63,397 nt of DNA from Bacteroidota bacterium. Lineage in GTDB: Bacteria; Bacteroidota; Ignavibacteria; UBA10030. This document shows positions 1 through 9,593 of the stretch, one piece after another. Numbering within the stretch: position 1 is the first letter of the stretch; every line of letters begins with the position of its first letter. A program made the translations under genes and the position numbers. The notes below the pieces were generated by a model. That model did not search any database. It worked only from the letters and a program-made list of their open reading frames with translations, and was not told the DNA's origin. Location: NCBI GenBank assembly GCA_016928255.1, contig JAFGLB010000076.1:1-63397 (forward strand), given 5' to 3'.

Positions 1-243
1 GAGCAAAGCGGAAATGTCAACAATATACCTGTTGCTTCTATTAATTCTTCAGTCATTTACTATGATCGTATAACAAAAAAATACATGAATTATTTGAATG
101 GCGCCTGGTCTGAAGTGGATAAAGGACGGATGCAGAAGATATTGGATGATAAAGCATATATTGACATGCCTAACAACAGCTCCTTCGATTTTCTCAATCC
201 CCGGCAGGTGTTTTTTGGTATCAGTCTCTCGTTCAAGATATAA
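1..243 (+). CDS. 3' end of an outer-membrane beta-barrel gene, TonB-dependent-receptor-like (5'-partial, runs off the window)
   Basis: Frame +1 is open from base 1 to TAA 241-243. The tail ...DFLNPRQVFFGISLSFKI has the alternating-hydrophobic terminal strand of OM barrels. It is absent from the ORF track because no start codon lies in the window. Confidence 0.4.
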   Translation, partial: EQSGNVNNIPVASINSSVIYYDRITKKYMNYLNGAWSEVDKGRMQKILDDKAYIDMPNNSSFDFLNPRQVFFGISLSFKI

Positions 244-267
244 TTGATGATGAAAGGTCGTACGCAC

Positions 268-2436
268 ATGAATAAAAAAAATAATAAAAGATGCGGAACA
301 CTAATAGCTTTCTATCTGGCACTCTTGATGGTCTATCCATCAATTCTTTGTGCGCAGGTAGTCGGTCCACAGGAAATCAAATGGGTAAAAGTGAGTTCCC
401 TGCATCAATGGTTTTCCAGCGGTGGTGCGGAAATCGAATATGGCAGGCGAAGCAGGCAGTTTCTGCAATCTGACCAACTCGATGGGCTGAATTGGCCGGG
501 ATTATATACCACCAATAAAGGGGTGAATGTTGGGAACGCTCTTTGGATTGGAACTACAAATTTTGCCGATCCGGTTTCCAATAAAACGTACCCGTATAAA
601 GTGGTTTGCGATGGAAGACTGTTTTTGTACCTTAATTCCGAAATTTATCCTGAACAGATCATGGAAATTGGGCGCTATGATCATCCCCAGGTTCTTGTAG
701 ATGATGTGCCTGCATCCGACCGGAATTACGATGACAATGTGGACCAGGTTGATCCCAATCTACCATGCGATCGTATGGTGATTACGAAGATACATACTAC
801 AATAGGCATCGATGTAACAAGAAAAGTATATGTTTATACACAGCAATATCACGACAACTATTTTATTTATGAATATGTTTTTAAAAATACCGGTATTATA
901 GATGGAACAGGACAGCAAAAATTAAATAATCCCCTTACAGATGTAGTGTTTTTCTTCCAGCATCGTTATGGATTTGCCGGTGAATCGTACCTGCCGGTCA
1001 GTTCCTGGGCTCCTACCGGTGCAAGCTGGGGTTTGAATACAATTAACGATGTGTATAATCCTACGCATCTGGGTCCTTTTCGAGCAGCCTGGTCTTATTA
1101 CGGCCCGGTTTCTACAGCTCCTTCTGTTTTAGAAGATATTGGCCTTCCCCGGTATACTGATGGTTCAATATTAGCGGGAACAAATTTTGCCGGTGTAGTA
1201 GTGCTGCATGCCGACAGATCTACTGCTGATCATTCAGATGATCCTAATCAGCCTTCAACTACGCGCCGTATGGGTTCTGATCAGGATGCACAAACCATCG
1301 ATCAATATGATGATGCCTTGATGACACGTAAATACGGTTATATGACAGCAGGCCACCCGGCAAAAAGTCATGCGGAAGAAGTTGGCAAAGATCCTGTTAC
1401 CGGGTGGCCGACATCTTTCGCAAATAATCCTCAAGGATTATCTGATCCTGGAGGCTATTCCTGTGCTCAGGGTTTCGGTCCATATACATTTGCCATGGGT
1501 GACAGCGTACGGATAGTATTTGCCGAAGGTGTTGCAGGACTTATGTCCGATCGTGATTTTGTAAGACAGATTGCGAGAAATTGGTTTAGCGGATCAGCTC
1601 CATTCCCTCTGCCTGGCGGAGGTACAACAGGCGACAGGAATACTTATAAAAATACATGGGTGTTTACAGGCAAGGATTCTCTCTTCCAGACATTTCAACG
1701 TGCAATTACAAATTACAATAATGGACAATTTAACAATATCGATCAGCCGCCATTGCCTCCAACACAGTTTAATGTGCGATCCGGTGGTAATCAAATAGTA
1801 TTAAACTGGCAGCCGAGTCCTTCGGAATCAAACGCGAATTTCAACGGGTATGCAATTTACCGGGCAGAAGGACGAACGGATACAACTTTTAACGAAGTTT
1901 TCAGTTGTGATAAGAGCAATCTAGCGTACACCTTCAGTGATAAATCACCGCGCCGCGGCTTCGATTATTATTACTATATTGTTGCTAAAGATGATGGATC
2001 GACCAATTCTATACAACCGGGTGCTCCGCTCGTAAGCAGCAAATATTTAACAATGACAAACAAAGCCGCTAATTTGACAAGGGTGCCGGGAAAGAGCCTT
2101 GCGGACATTCGTGTAGTTCCGAATCCATACAATATCCGCGCAAGAGGACTCCAATTCGGTTATTCCAACCCGGACCGATTGGCGTTCTTCGGTTTACCGG
2201 CTTATTGCATCATTAAAATATACACAGAAACTGGCGATCTGATTAAGACAATAGAACATACAAGTACCAGCGGCGATGAATATTGGAATTCCTTGACATC
2301 TTCGGAACAGCTTGTTGTCAGCGGTATATACATCGCATACTTTGAAGTTACTCAGGATATTTTTGAAGAAGGAACCGGCCGCCAGTTGTTCCGCAAAGGG
2401 GAAAACGCGATTAGAAAATTTGTTATTATTCGGTGA
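268..2436 (+). CDS. secreted protein of unknown function (about 720 aa) with an FN3-like module and a T9SS-type C-terminal sorting domain
   Basis: ORF 244..2436. ATG 268 gives the signal peptide MNKKNNKRCGTLIAFYLALLMVYPSILCAQ. FN3-like stretch PPTQFNVRSGGNQIVLNWQP...GYAIYRAEG. The C-terminus VVPNPYN...IIKIYTETGDLIKTI...SGIYIAYFEV...KFVIIR resembles T9SS CTDs. Confidence 0.75.
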   Translation: MNKKNNKRCGTLIAFYLALLMVYPSILCAQVVGPQEIKWVKVSSLHQWFSSGGAEIEYGRRSRQFLQSDQLDGLNWPGLYTTNKGVNVGNALWIGTTNFADPVSNKTYPYKVVCDGRLFLYLNSEIYPEQIMEIGRYDHPQVLVDDVPASDRNYDDNVDQVDPNLPCDRMVITKIHTTIGIDVTRKVYVYTQQYHDNYFIYEYVFKNTGIIDGTGQQKLNNPLTDVVFFFQHRYGFAGESYLPVSSWAPTGASWGLNTINDVYNPTHLGPFRAAWSYYGPVSTAPSVLEDIGLPRYTDGSILAGTNFAGVVVLHADRSTADHSDDPNQPSTTRRMGSDQDAQTIDQYDDALMTRKYGYMTAGHPAKSHAEEVGKDPVTGWPTSFANNPQGLSDPGGYSCAQGFGPYTFAMGDSVRIVFAEGVAGLMSDRDFVRQIARNWFSGSAPFPLPGGGTTGDRNTYKNTWVFTGKDSLFQTFQRAITNYNNGQFNNIDQPPLPPTQFNVRSGGNQIVLNWQPSPSESNANFNGYAIYRAEGRTDTTFNEVFSCDKSNLAYTFSDKSPRRGFDYYYYIVAKDDGSTNSIQPGAPLVSSKYLTMTNKAANLTRVPGKSLADIRVVPNPYNIRARGLQFGYSNPDRLAFFGLPAYCIIKIYTETGDLIKTIEHTSTSGDEYWNSLTSSEQLVVSGIYIAYFEVTQDIFEEGTGRQLFRKGENAIRKFVIIR

Positions 2437-2458
2437 CCTTCAACCTCTGGAGAATGAA

Positions 2459-3181
2459 ATGAATTCTAAAACACACAACTTTATACTTTATGCATTCATT
2501 GCGGCAGCCTGTGTGCTTCTTACACAGACTGGATGCGACAGTTTGCTCCCGAGTGAATACAAAGCACAGGAATATACGGCCTCAAGCACTGAAATGGCTG
2601 TGTATCCATACTTGGCTCAAAATCATTTGGATTCGCTGGGCAACATTATCGATTCCGCAAACTGCCATATTGCCCGGATGCGGAGCCTGTCCGGTCTTGT
2701 GGACAGCACAACACTTGCCAACAATACAGACAATCAACTTATCGTGTCACGATTCAACCAGCTGGCCGATAGTCTCGATACTTTGGTGCGCGACTCTCTG
2801 CTTGTGATCAGTAATCCGGAGGATGCAAAGATTGGATATTCTACCTTCAGTGTTACTGCTGGGCAGTCAAAAGAAATCTATATCTACATCAGCCTCCATC
2901 TCACTGGCGGCAGTTCAACAACAAGCAACAATATTAATGAATACGTGGTTGCAGAACTTATTAGGAGTGATTCGTCTGTTGTAAGTTCAACAAACGAAAT
3001 GGAAAACGTTCTGGTAAGCAGTGCCAGCCAGACAGTACTTGTCTCCAGTAATTCGATCATCGTACCTCTCATTAATGCGCGATATCATGTGCGTGTGGAA
3101 GAGGGTTTATATTATATGCGATTCACACTGAGTAATTCAAGTGCTATTGGGCCTTTTAAAGTGTATATCCGATCACTCTAG
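2459..3181 (+). CDS. lipoprotein, unknown function
   Basis: Inner ATG 2459 of ORF 2312..3181 lies 20 nt (2437-2458) after the upstream stop. MNSKTHNFILYAFIAAACVLLTQTGC is a signal peptide plus lipobox. The longer N-terminal extension would overlap the previous gene. Confidence 0.7.
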   Translation: MNSKTHNFILYAFIAAACVLLTQTGCDSLLPSEYKAQEYTASSTEMAVYPYLAQNHLDSLGNIIDSANCHIARMRSLSGLVDSTTLANNTDNQLIVSRFNQLADSLDTLVRDSLLVISNPEDAKIGYSTFSVTAGQSKEIYIYISLHLTGGSSTTSNNINEYVVAELIRSDSSVVSSTNEMENVLVSSASQTVLVSSNSIIVPLINARYHVRVEEGLYYMRFTLSNSSAIGPFKVYIRSL

Positions 3182-3206
3182 GTAAGAATTTAATTCGCAA
3201 AGGAGA

Positions 3207-4223
3207 ATGAACGTGAAACGGTTGAAACTATCCTGTGTCTCAATACTAATTTTAATCTGTATGCTGGTGACCAGTGCAGATGGGCAAATCAAATGGGCAC
3301 AAACAGGATTCGGCTTTCTTGATGTAACATCCGATGCAAGGGCTGGAGCTATGGGTGGAGCGGTGAATTCGCTGTGTGAATTTGAAGGAGCGCTCTCTTA
3401 CAATCCTGCTACAATGGCGGATATTACATCATTAGTAAATGCATCTGTGAGTGTTAATTCATGGATCGCAGAAATTCAATACCTCGAGAGCAGTGTGATT
3501 ATTGCTCCCGCATCCGGAAAATATGGTGTAATAGGGTTGGGTATCCAATCGGTGGATTACGGAGATTTACAGGGTACGATGGTATGGAATAATCCCGATG
3601 GGTACATAGATACAGGAGTGTTTAGCCCGTCTGCCTTAGCCGTGGGTATCGGATATGCATATATGATTTCAACCCAGTTTGGTGTTGGCGGTCAAGCGCG
3701 TTTTGCTTATCAATCATTAGGGAAGAGTGTAATATCGACTGAAACGGGATTGGTGACGAAGCAGAACAGGGCAAATGCTATCGCGTTTGATTTCGGTACG
3801 ATTTATAAAACGGGAGTTAAAAGTCTGGTTTTTGGTGTGTCAGTAAGAAATTTTTCCAAGGAAATAACCTATGAAGTGGAAAGTCTCCAATTGCCGCTGC
3901 TTTTTACTATTGGTATATCTGCAAATGTATTTGATTTTATCTCTCCCGGTGGACCGGAACAATCATTGATTGTTTCTATAGATGCAACTCACCCTCGTTC
4001 GCATCCGGAGCAGTTAAAGATTGGAATGGAATATGAGTTACTGAAAGTCATCTCGCTTAGAGCCGGATATACCAGCAATAACAGCGAAGATAGTTTCACT
4101 TATGGATTGGGTGTTTCGACACAGGGATTGGGAATCAGTCCCGCTGTCGGATTTGATTACTCCTATACTCCATTTGGAGTATTTGGCAATGTACAACGAT
4201 TCACTGCAAGATTTTCTATGTAA
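3207..4223 (+). CDS. PorV/PorQ-family-like outer-membrane beta-barrel (T9SS-associated family)
   Basis: Signal peptide, then GFGFLDVTSDARAGAMGGAVNSL...LSYNPATMA, which matches the N-terminal signature I recall for PorV/PorQ (and UPF0164) barrels. It has alternating beta-strand sequence and ends ...RFTARFSM. Confidence 0.6.
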   Translation: MNVKRLKLSCVSILILICMLVTSADGQIKWAQTGFGFLDVTSDARAGAMGGAVNSLCEFEGALSYNPATMADITSLVNASVSVNSWIAEIQYLESSVIIAPASGKYGVIGLGIQSVDYGDLQGTMVWNNPDGYIDTGVFSPSALAVGIGYAYMISTQFGVGGQARFAYQSLGKSVISTETGLVTKQNRANAIAFDFGTIYKTGVKSLVFGVSVRNFSKEITYEVESLQLPLLFTIGISANVFDFISPGGPEQSLIVSIDATHPRSHPEQLKIGMEYELLKVISLRAGYTSNNSEDSFTYGLGVSTQGLGISPAVGFDYSYTPFGVFGNVQRFTARFSM

Positions 4224-4239
4224 AGGTTATGGTGCATAT

Positions 4240-5508
4240 ATGAATACACACATTATACGTATTACTTCGATTTGCCTCTTCATTGGTATTTTAATAGCGC
4301 TGAATGGATGTACAGAGTATGAAGAACCGGGACTCATTAGCGCAACGACCACTACACCGTCTGCGAGTCCCGTTATTACAGGTATTAGTCCGGCGAATGC
4401 AGCTCTGTCCGGTGTTCGGGAAATTACTATTATGGGGCAGAACTTTGCAACTAACGGGATAGATACAAATTGGATTTTTATAGGCGGGATATCTCCAATT
4501 GTAAAAAGCATTGACCCGACGCAAATTACTATTTACAGGCCGGCTAATTACGGTGATTCACTCCTGATGACTATTGCCATTCCGCGTGCGATGACTACTG
4601 CAACTATTCGTTACACTATTGAACAACCAATCGAACAGTTCGGAGATTTTACACGATACAGCAATAAATTTACGGTAATGGAATTTGATAAAAACGGTTA
4701 TTTATACGTTATGGATAATGGAAGAAATCTATATCAGGTTACGCGAGATGGTTTATATATAACAAAACTAATGGGCCAGGAAAGTATAGGTTCTGCACTT
4801 GCCACTACAACAGATATGAAATTTGGTACGGGCGGATTGTTGTATTGTGTCGTTGGAAATAAACGAGGAATATATCGTATAGATGTTTCAACAACGGATA
4901 GAGTATCAAATCCCTATATTACATTACCTTCAGCTGCAGGAAACCTGAGCAAGCTGGACTTTGATGCAAGTGGAAATATTTTTACAGCAGGAAATAAGGG
5001 GGTATTTCGCGTATCGACATCAGACGTTGTTACAGAAACAGGACATTATAACGGAAATGCAATTACGGAATTACGAATTATCGGCAATGATCTCTATGTA
5101 TCCTATGGCAGTATCCTGTCAAAAAATGTAATTAATACTGATGGAACATTAGGAAACGATGAGTTGGTTGTTGATGTAAGTACAAAAGCAGGATTATCTT
5201 CCTGTACCATTAATTCCTTTAATATTGATGCAGCAGGTACAATATTTCTTTCATTGACGGGTAATCCAGATTATTCGATATTTGTAATCGAGAGCGACGG
5301 TTCAGTGATGCCATATTATAAAGAACCTTCGATACTGCCAAGTGCTAATACAGATCAGCTCATCTGGAGTAACAACAGCCGGTATATATATCTTAATCGA
5401 TCATCTAATTTTCCGTCTGTTCCCGACACAGCCGGCAGCAATAACTACCGTCTTTTTAAAATGGGATTGCCTGAAGTTGGAAAGCCATATAATGGAAGAT
5501 TGTTGTAG
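4240..5508 (+). CDS. IPT/TIG-domain lipoprotein with a beta-propeller-like C-terminal region
   Basis: Inner ATG 4240 of ORF 4102..5508 lies 17 nt after the upstream stop. MNTHIIRITSICLFIGILIALNGC carries a lipobox. ITGISPANAALSGVREITIMGQNFA...ITIYRP is IPT/TIG-like. Repeated G-rich blades follow (NGYLYVMDNG, GGLLYCV, SGNIFTAGN, GTIFLS). Confidence 0.7.
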   Translation: MNTHIIRITSICLFIGILIALNGCTEYEEPGLISATTTTPSASPVITGISPANAALSGVREITIMGQNFATNGIDTNWIFIGGISPIVKSIDPTQITIYRPANYGDSLLMTIAIPRAMTTATIRYTIEQPIEQFGDFTRYSNKFTVMEFDKNGYLYVMDNGRNLYQVTRDGLYITKLMGQESIGSALATTTDMKFGTGGLLYCVVGNKRGIYRIDVSTTDRVSNPYITLPSAAGNLSKLDFDASGNIFTAGNKGVFRVSTSDVVTETGHYNGNAITELRIIGNDLYVSYGSILSKNVINTDGTLGNDELVVDVSTKAGLSSCTINSFNIDAAGTIFLSLTGNPDYSIFVIESDGSVMPYYKEPSILPSANTDQLIWSNNSRYIYLNRSSNFPSVPDTAGSNNYRLFKMGLPEVGKPYNGRLL

Positions 5509-5597
5509 CGGATTTCTGGGAAGAATTTGAAAAAAATATGCGATTTGGATTTTAATTCACAGTTACTGTTCAACTTAATTAACATATATTTCAATTA

Positions 5598-7277
5598 ATG
5601 GAGGTATTCATGAGAAATCTGTTTAAGGTTTTTGTACTGTTGCTCGTTGTACTCATTGCCACATCCGCGACGGCAGGTACAAAGAAGCAGCAAACAATTC
5701 TCTCGGACAAACTGCAGGTTTTACGCGCGAGTGTTGCACCGACCATTGACGGCCAATTGGATCCGATATGGAAATCAGTCACAGCGGTTCCTATGTTAAG
5801 AGTGGAAGGCCATGCCCTTGATACCATAATTTCTATGCATGAGCATTTTGCGAAATACCGCGCTATGTGGGATGATGACAATTTGTATTTATTTGTTGAG
5901 GTGATTGACTCATCGCTGCGTGCAGTAATTCCCGACCGTTCCTCACCTTGGAACGACGATTGCATTGAAGTATTTCTGGATGGCAAAAATAACAAGGGAA
6001 CAACCTACGATACCAATTGCGTGCAATGGCGCTGGGTTTATCCGGAATTGCCGGTAGATACAGGTAAAATCAGCAGTATGCAAGGAGAATGGGCATATAC
6101 AAATACACCGACAGGATACAATTTTGAAATTGCTATTCCCAGCGACAAATTACCGGGCGGTTATAACTTCCTGGGTGAAGATAATGACATCGGATTTGAA
6201 ATCTCCAATGGCGACCGAAGCGCTGATATTCCACAACGTACTGTTATACACTGGTGGACTAATAATGGACTTACCTGGCAGAATCCTTCACTGTTTGGGA
6301 CAGCAACACTCGTAGCGAAGGAAGCAAGCCCGATAATGAATGTCTACAAAGCGGAAGGTTCGGTAACCATCGATGGTCAGATGGATGTTGGTGAGTGGGA
6401 TGTCGCAGATGAAGTGACTATGAACCAGGTAGAAGGTGGACGTCCACTGGATAGTTTATTGGTTCGGTGGCAGGATCATATGACTTCCTTTAGAGCTATG
6501 TGGGATGATGACAATCTCTATCTCTTCGTTACTAAACTGGACTCATCGTTTGAAGGTGCAGTGGATAAATCATCACCATGGAACAATGACTGCATCGAAG
6601 TATTCCTGGATGGCAAAAACAACAAGGGAACAACCTACGATACCAATTGCGTGCAATGGCGCTGGGTCTATCCGGAATTACCGGCAGATACAGGTAAAAT
6701 CAGCGGTATCAAGGGTGAATGGGCAACGCAGTTGATTACATCGATTCCCGGATTTGGCGGTACTATAACTGGTGTAAACTTTGAAATTGCCATTCCGAAA
6801 GAAGACCTCCCCGGTGGGTATAATTTCCTTGCTGCAGATAACAATGTTGGATTTGAAGTCTCCAGCGGTTCACGGGCCGGCTCGGTTCCTCAGAAATCGG
6901 TATTGCATTGGTGGACAACCAATGGATTAACCTGGCAGAATCCGTCATTGTTTGGAACGATTCTCTTGGTTGATCAGAGCGAGACGGATGTTGAGACACT
7001 TCCGAATGTTGCATCTGAATACAGGCTCAAACAGAACTATCCCAACCCGTTCAACCCGAGCACAAAGATCACCTATTCGGTTCCAACAACAAGCAAGGTG
7101 CGTCTGACAGTATATAATATTTTAGGCATGGAAGTTGCAGAATTGGTTAATGGTGTACGTGCTGCAGGTACCCACGAAGCAACCTTCTCTGGCCATAATC
7201 TTGCCAGTGGTGTGTATTTCTATAGGCTACAAGCTGGAAATATCATTCAAACAAAGAAGATGCTGCTGTTGAAGTAA
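5598..7277 (+). CDS. secreted tandem CBM9-like (DOMON-like sugar-binding) protein with a T9SS type-A C-terminal sorting domain
   Basis: Signal peptide (alternative start at 5610). Two roughly 210-aa repeats, each with IDGQ.D..W...MWDDDNLYLF...NDDCIEVFLDGKNNKG. The C-terminus NYPNPFNPSTKITYSVP...LTVYNILG...SGVYFYRLQAG is a classic T9SS CTD. Confidence 0.85.
   Translation: MEVFMRNLFKVFVLLLVVLIATSATAGTKKQQTILSDKLQVLRASVAPTIDGQLDPIWKSVTAVPMLRVEGHALDTIISMHEHFAKYRAMWDDDNLYLFVEVIDSSLRAVIPDRSSPWNDDCIEVFLDGKNNKGTTYDTNCVQWRWVYPELPVDTGKISSMQGEWAYTNTPTGYNFEIAIPSDKLPGGYNFLGEDNDIGFEISNGDRSADIPQRTVIHWWTNNGLTWQNPSLFGTATLVAKEASPIMNVYKAEGSVTIDGQMDVGEWDVADEVTMNQVEGGRPLDSLLVRWQDHMTSFRAMWDDDNLYLFVTKLDSSFEGAVDKSSPWNNDCIEVFLDGKNNKGTTYDTNCVQWRWVYPELPADTGKISGIKGEWATQLITSIPGFGGTITGVNFEIAIPKEDLPGGYNFLAADNNVGFEVSSGSRAGSVPQKSVLHWWTTNGLTWQNPSLFGTILLVDQSETDVETLPNVASEYRLKQNYPNPFNPSTKITYSVPTTSKVRLTVYNILGMEVAELVNGVRAAGTHEATFSGHNLASGVYFYRLQAGNIIQTKKMLLLK
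5865..6095. repeat. intragenic duplication, copy 1 (paired with 6498-6725)
   Basis: In-frame duplicate of the CBM9-like module. A 47-nt core at 5991-6037 is identical to 6621-6667. Confidence 0.9.
6498..6725. repeat. intragenic duplication, copy 2
   Basis: Same as copy 1. The offset is 633 nt at atgtgggatgatgacaat and 630 nt at the identical core, so the copies differ by one codon indel. Confidence 0.9.
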
Positions 7278-7297
7278 AAGTTATATCATGCTTATTG

Positions 7298-7337
7298 AAA
7301 GCGTCTGTGACGCGTTAGTTGCAGACGCTTTTATTTT
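7298..7337 (+). terminator. rho-independent terminator after the CBM9-like gene
   Basis: aaagcgtctg (7298-7307) pairs with cagacgcttt (7322-7331), followed by tattttaat. Confidence 0.7.
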
Positions 7338-7370
7338 AATAGGTTCTAATAGAGATTCGGAGTTATCAGC

Positions 7371-9305
7371 ATGCACCTGCATATTATCGATTTAGCAATT
7401 ATACTGCTGTATTTGATTACCACTATTTTCATTGGCTTTTACATTTCAAAGCGTGCGTCGAAAGACATAAAAAGTTATTTTCTCGGCGGTAACAGCATCC
7501 CCTGGTATTTCCTCGGTATTTCCGATGCATCTGGAATGTTCGATATTGCAGGCACTATGCTTCTTGTTTATTGGCTGGCTGTATATGGCATGAAAAGTAT
7601 GTGGATTCCATGGATCTGGCCGGTATTTAACCAAATTTTTTTAATGGTATATTTATCACCATGGCTGCGGCGGTCAAATGTTATGACAGGTGCTGAGTGG
7701 ATGAAAACTCGTTTCGGCACAGATAAGGGAGCGACTCTTTCACATTTCATTGTAGTTATCTTTGCTCTCATTAGCGTCATAGGATTTCTATCTTATGGAT
7801 TTAAAGGAATTGGAAAATTCGCGGCAGCCTTTCTTCCGCCGCTCTTCACTGATCCTGCGACTCTTGCCCAGTACCCTCAGATCAATGCCAATGTCTATGC
7901 TCTTATACTCATGGCGATCACAACAGTGTACGTGGTCAAGGGCGGCATGATGAGTGTTGTAGCAACGGAAGTTCTGCAATATTGCATCCTGTCTGTCTCA
8001 GCAATTGCTATCGGCATTATTGCTATGGTTCATGTCTCTCCGGAAACTATCCAGAGTGTTTTACCGGACGGATGGAGTAATATGACATTCGGCTTAAATT
8101 TAAATATTGATTGGACAACGGTTCATTCAACTGCTGCATCCAAGGTCACAGCATTTAATGAATGGATTAAAAACGATGGTTACTCAATGTTTGGATTATT
8201 TTTCGGCATGATGGTATTTAAAGGCATTTTTGTGGCAGCTGCAGGTCCGGCACCCAATTATGATATGCAGCGCATCCTTTCCACAAGAAGTCCGAAAGAA
8301 GCTGCAAAAATGAATTCCCTCGTAAGCGTCGTTCTGAATCCGACACGGTACTTTATGGTAGCGGGCCTTACGGTTCTTGCACTAACAAATTTTGACAACC
8401 TGTATAAAAGCTCAATTACTTCGCCGGATTTTGAAGCGATATTGCCGGAAGTACTCTCGTTGTATGTGCCGGCTGGTTTGCTTGGTTTACTTATGGCCGG
8501 ATTTATAGCGGCATTCATGAGTAATTTTGCCGCAACGGTAAATGCAGCGCCTGCATACATTGTCAACGATATTTATAAACGGTATGTTAATCCTAATGCC
8601 GAGCCAAAGAAATATGTCCGTATGAGTTATATTGCCTCAATAGCTGTTGTCGTAGTGGGCATTACAATGGGATTTTTTGTCGAATCGATAAATCAAATTG
8701 CTTTGTGGATTGTGGCGTCTCTCTGGGGCGGTTATACCGCAGCAAATGTTCTCAAATGGTACTGGTGGAGATTCAATGGATACGGTTATTTCTGGGGTAT
8801 GGTTGCTGGAATTTCTACCTCACTTATTTTGCTGGTACTCGAATATTTCAATTTAATTCCGTTTTTAAACGATTGGCCGATTCCTGCAAATCCGAATATG
8901 AATTCCTTCCCGATCATTTTTCTGAATTCGATTCTGGGCTGCTTGCTCGGAACTCTCCTCACTAAACCAGAACAGGATGAAGTACTCATGCGGTTCTATT
9001 ATACCGTGCGGCCATGGGGATTCTGGAAACCGATAAGTGAAAAAGTCATGAGATGTGATCCCAATTTTGTCCCAAACAAAAATTTTAAGAGTGATATGCT
9101 AAATGTTGTGGTAGGTGTCTGCTGGCAGATTACTCTTATGGCAACTCCTGTTTTTTTAGTATTGCGGGATTTCTTCTCGTTGATCATCTGCCTTCTGATT
9201 CTTTTGATAACCACAACAATTCTCAAGTTCAATTGGTGGGATAAACTGGACGCGAAATACGGTCAGCAATCAACTGAATTAATTATTCCGGCTTCAAAAA
9301 AATGA
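7371..9305 (+). CDS. sodium:solute symporter (SSF) family transporter
   Basis: 644 aa, about 13-14 hydrophobic helices. Overall SSF-like organisation (N-terminal ...ISKRASKDIKSYFLGGNSIPW, long C-terminal helices). Family call is from pattern recognition only. Confidence 0.7.
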   Translation: MHLHIIDLAIILLYLITTIFIGFYISKRASKDIKSYFLGGNSIPWYFLGISDASGMFDIAGTMLLVYWLAVYGMKSMWIPWIWPVFNQIFLMVYLSPWLRRSNVMTGAEWMKTRFGTDKGATLSHFIVVIFALISVIGFLSYGFKGIGKFAAAFLPPLFTDPATLAQYPQINANVYALILMAITTVYVVKGGMMSVVATEVLQYCILSVSAIAIGIIAMVHVSPETIQSVLPDGWSNMTFGLNLNIDWTTVHSTAASKVTAFNEWIKNDGYSMFGLFFGMMVFKGIFVAAAGPAPNYDMQRILSTRSPKEAAKMNSLVSVVLNPTRYFMVAGLTVLALTNFDNLYKSSITSPDFEAILPEVLSLYVPAGLLGLLMAGFIAAFMSNFAATVNAAPAYIVNDIYKRYVNPNAEPKKYVRMSYIASIAVVVVGITMGFFVESINQIALWIVASLWGGYTAANVLKWYWWRFNGYGYFWGMVAGISTSLILLVLEYFNLIPFLNDWPIPANPNMNSFPIIFLNSILGCLLGTLLTKPEQDEVLMRFYYTVRPWGFWKPISEKVMRCDPNFVPNKNFKSDMLNVVVGVCWQITLMATPVFLVLRDFFSLIICLLILLITTTILKFNWWDKLDAKYGQQSTELIIPASKK

Positions 9306-9593
9306 TTTATCAGAAGTATGCAATAAGTTTTATCGATAGGAAAATTGTATTACATTCCATATGATAAAAATTTATAACTATTGTTATGTGTCATGAAAAA
9401 AATGGATTAACACTTGTTCTTGAACCGTTAAGGCTGTGAGAGGCAAGAGATGTTTAGTGAATGATTACCTGATGCCGTTCGGTTAGTACAGGAAAAAATG
9501 TTTGAGAATAGCAAGACTGGTATTTTTCTGATGACGGATAGCAGGATGGATATACGTTTGCAGTCATGAATACAAATTATTGAAAGATAGAAA

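Noticed and set aside
2312-2458. Long N-terminal extensions offered by the ORF track (2312, 4102, 29082, 48271, 49015, 57780, 58876, 39475)
   Set aside because: Each extension overlaps the upstream gene or a terminator, or starts at a non-ATG codon. An internal ATG immediately yields a signal peptide, lipobox or the conserved N-terminus instead.
9306-9593. Riboswitch or leader RNA in the 288-nt spacer before the GH94 gene
   Set aside because: I could not find a convincing conserved stem architecture or known motif by eye. It is kept only as a remark within the symporter/GH94 finding.
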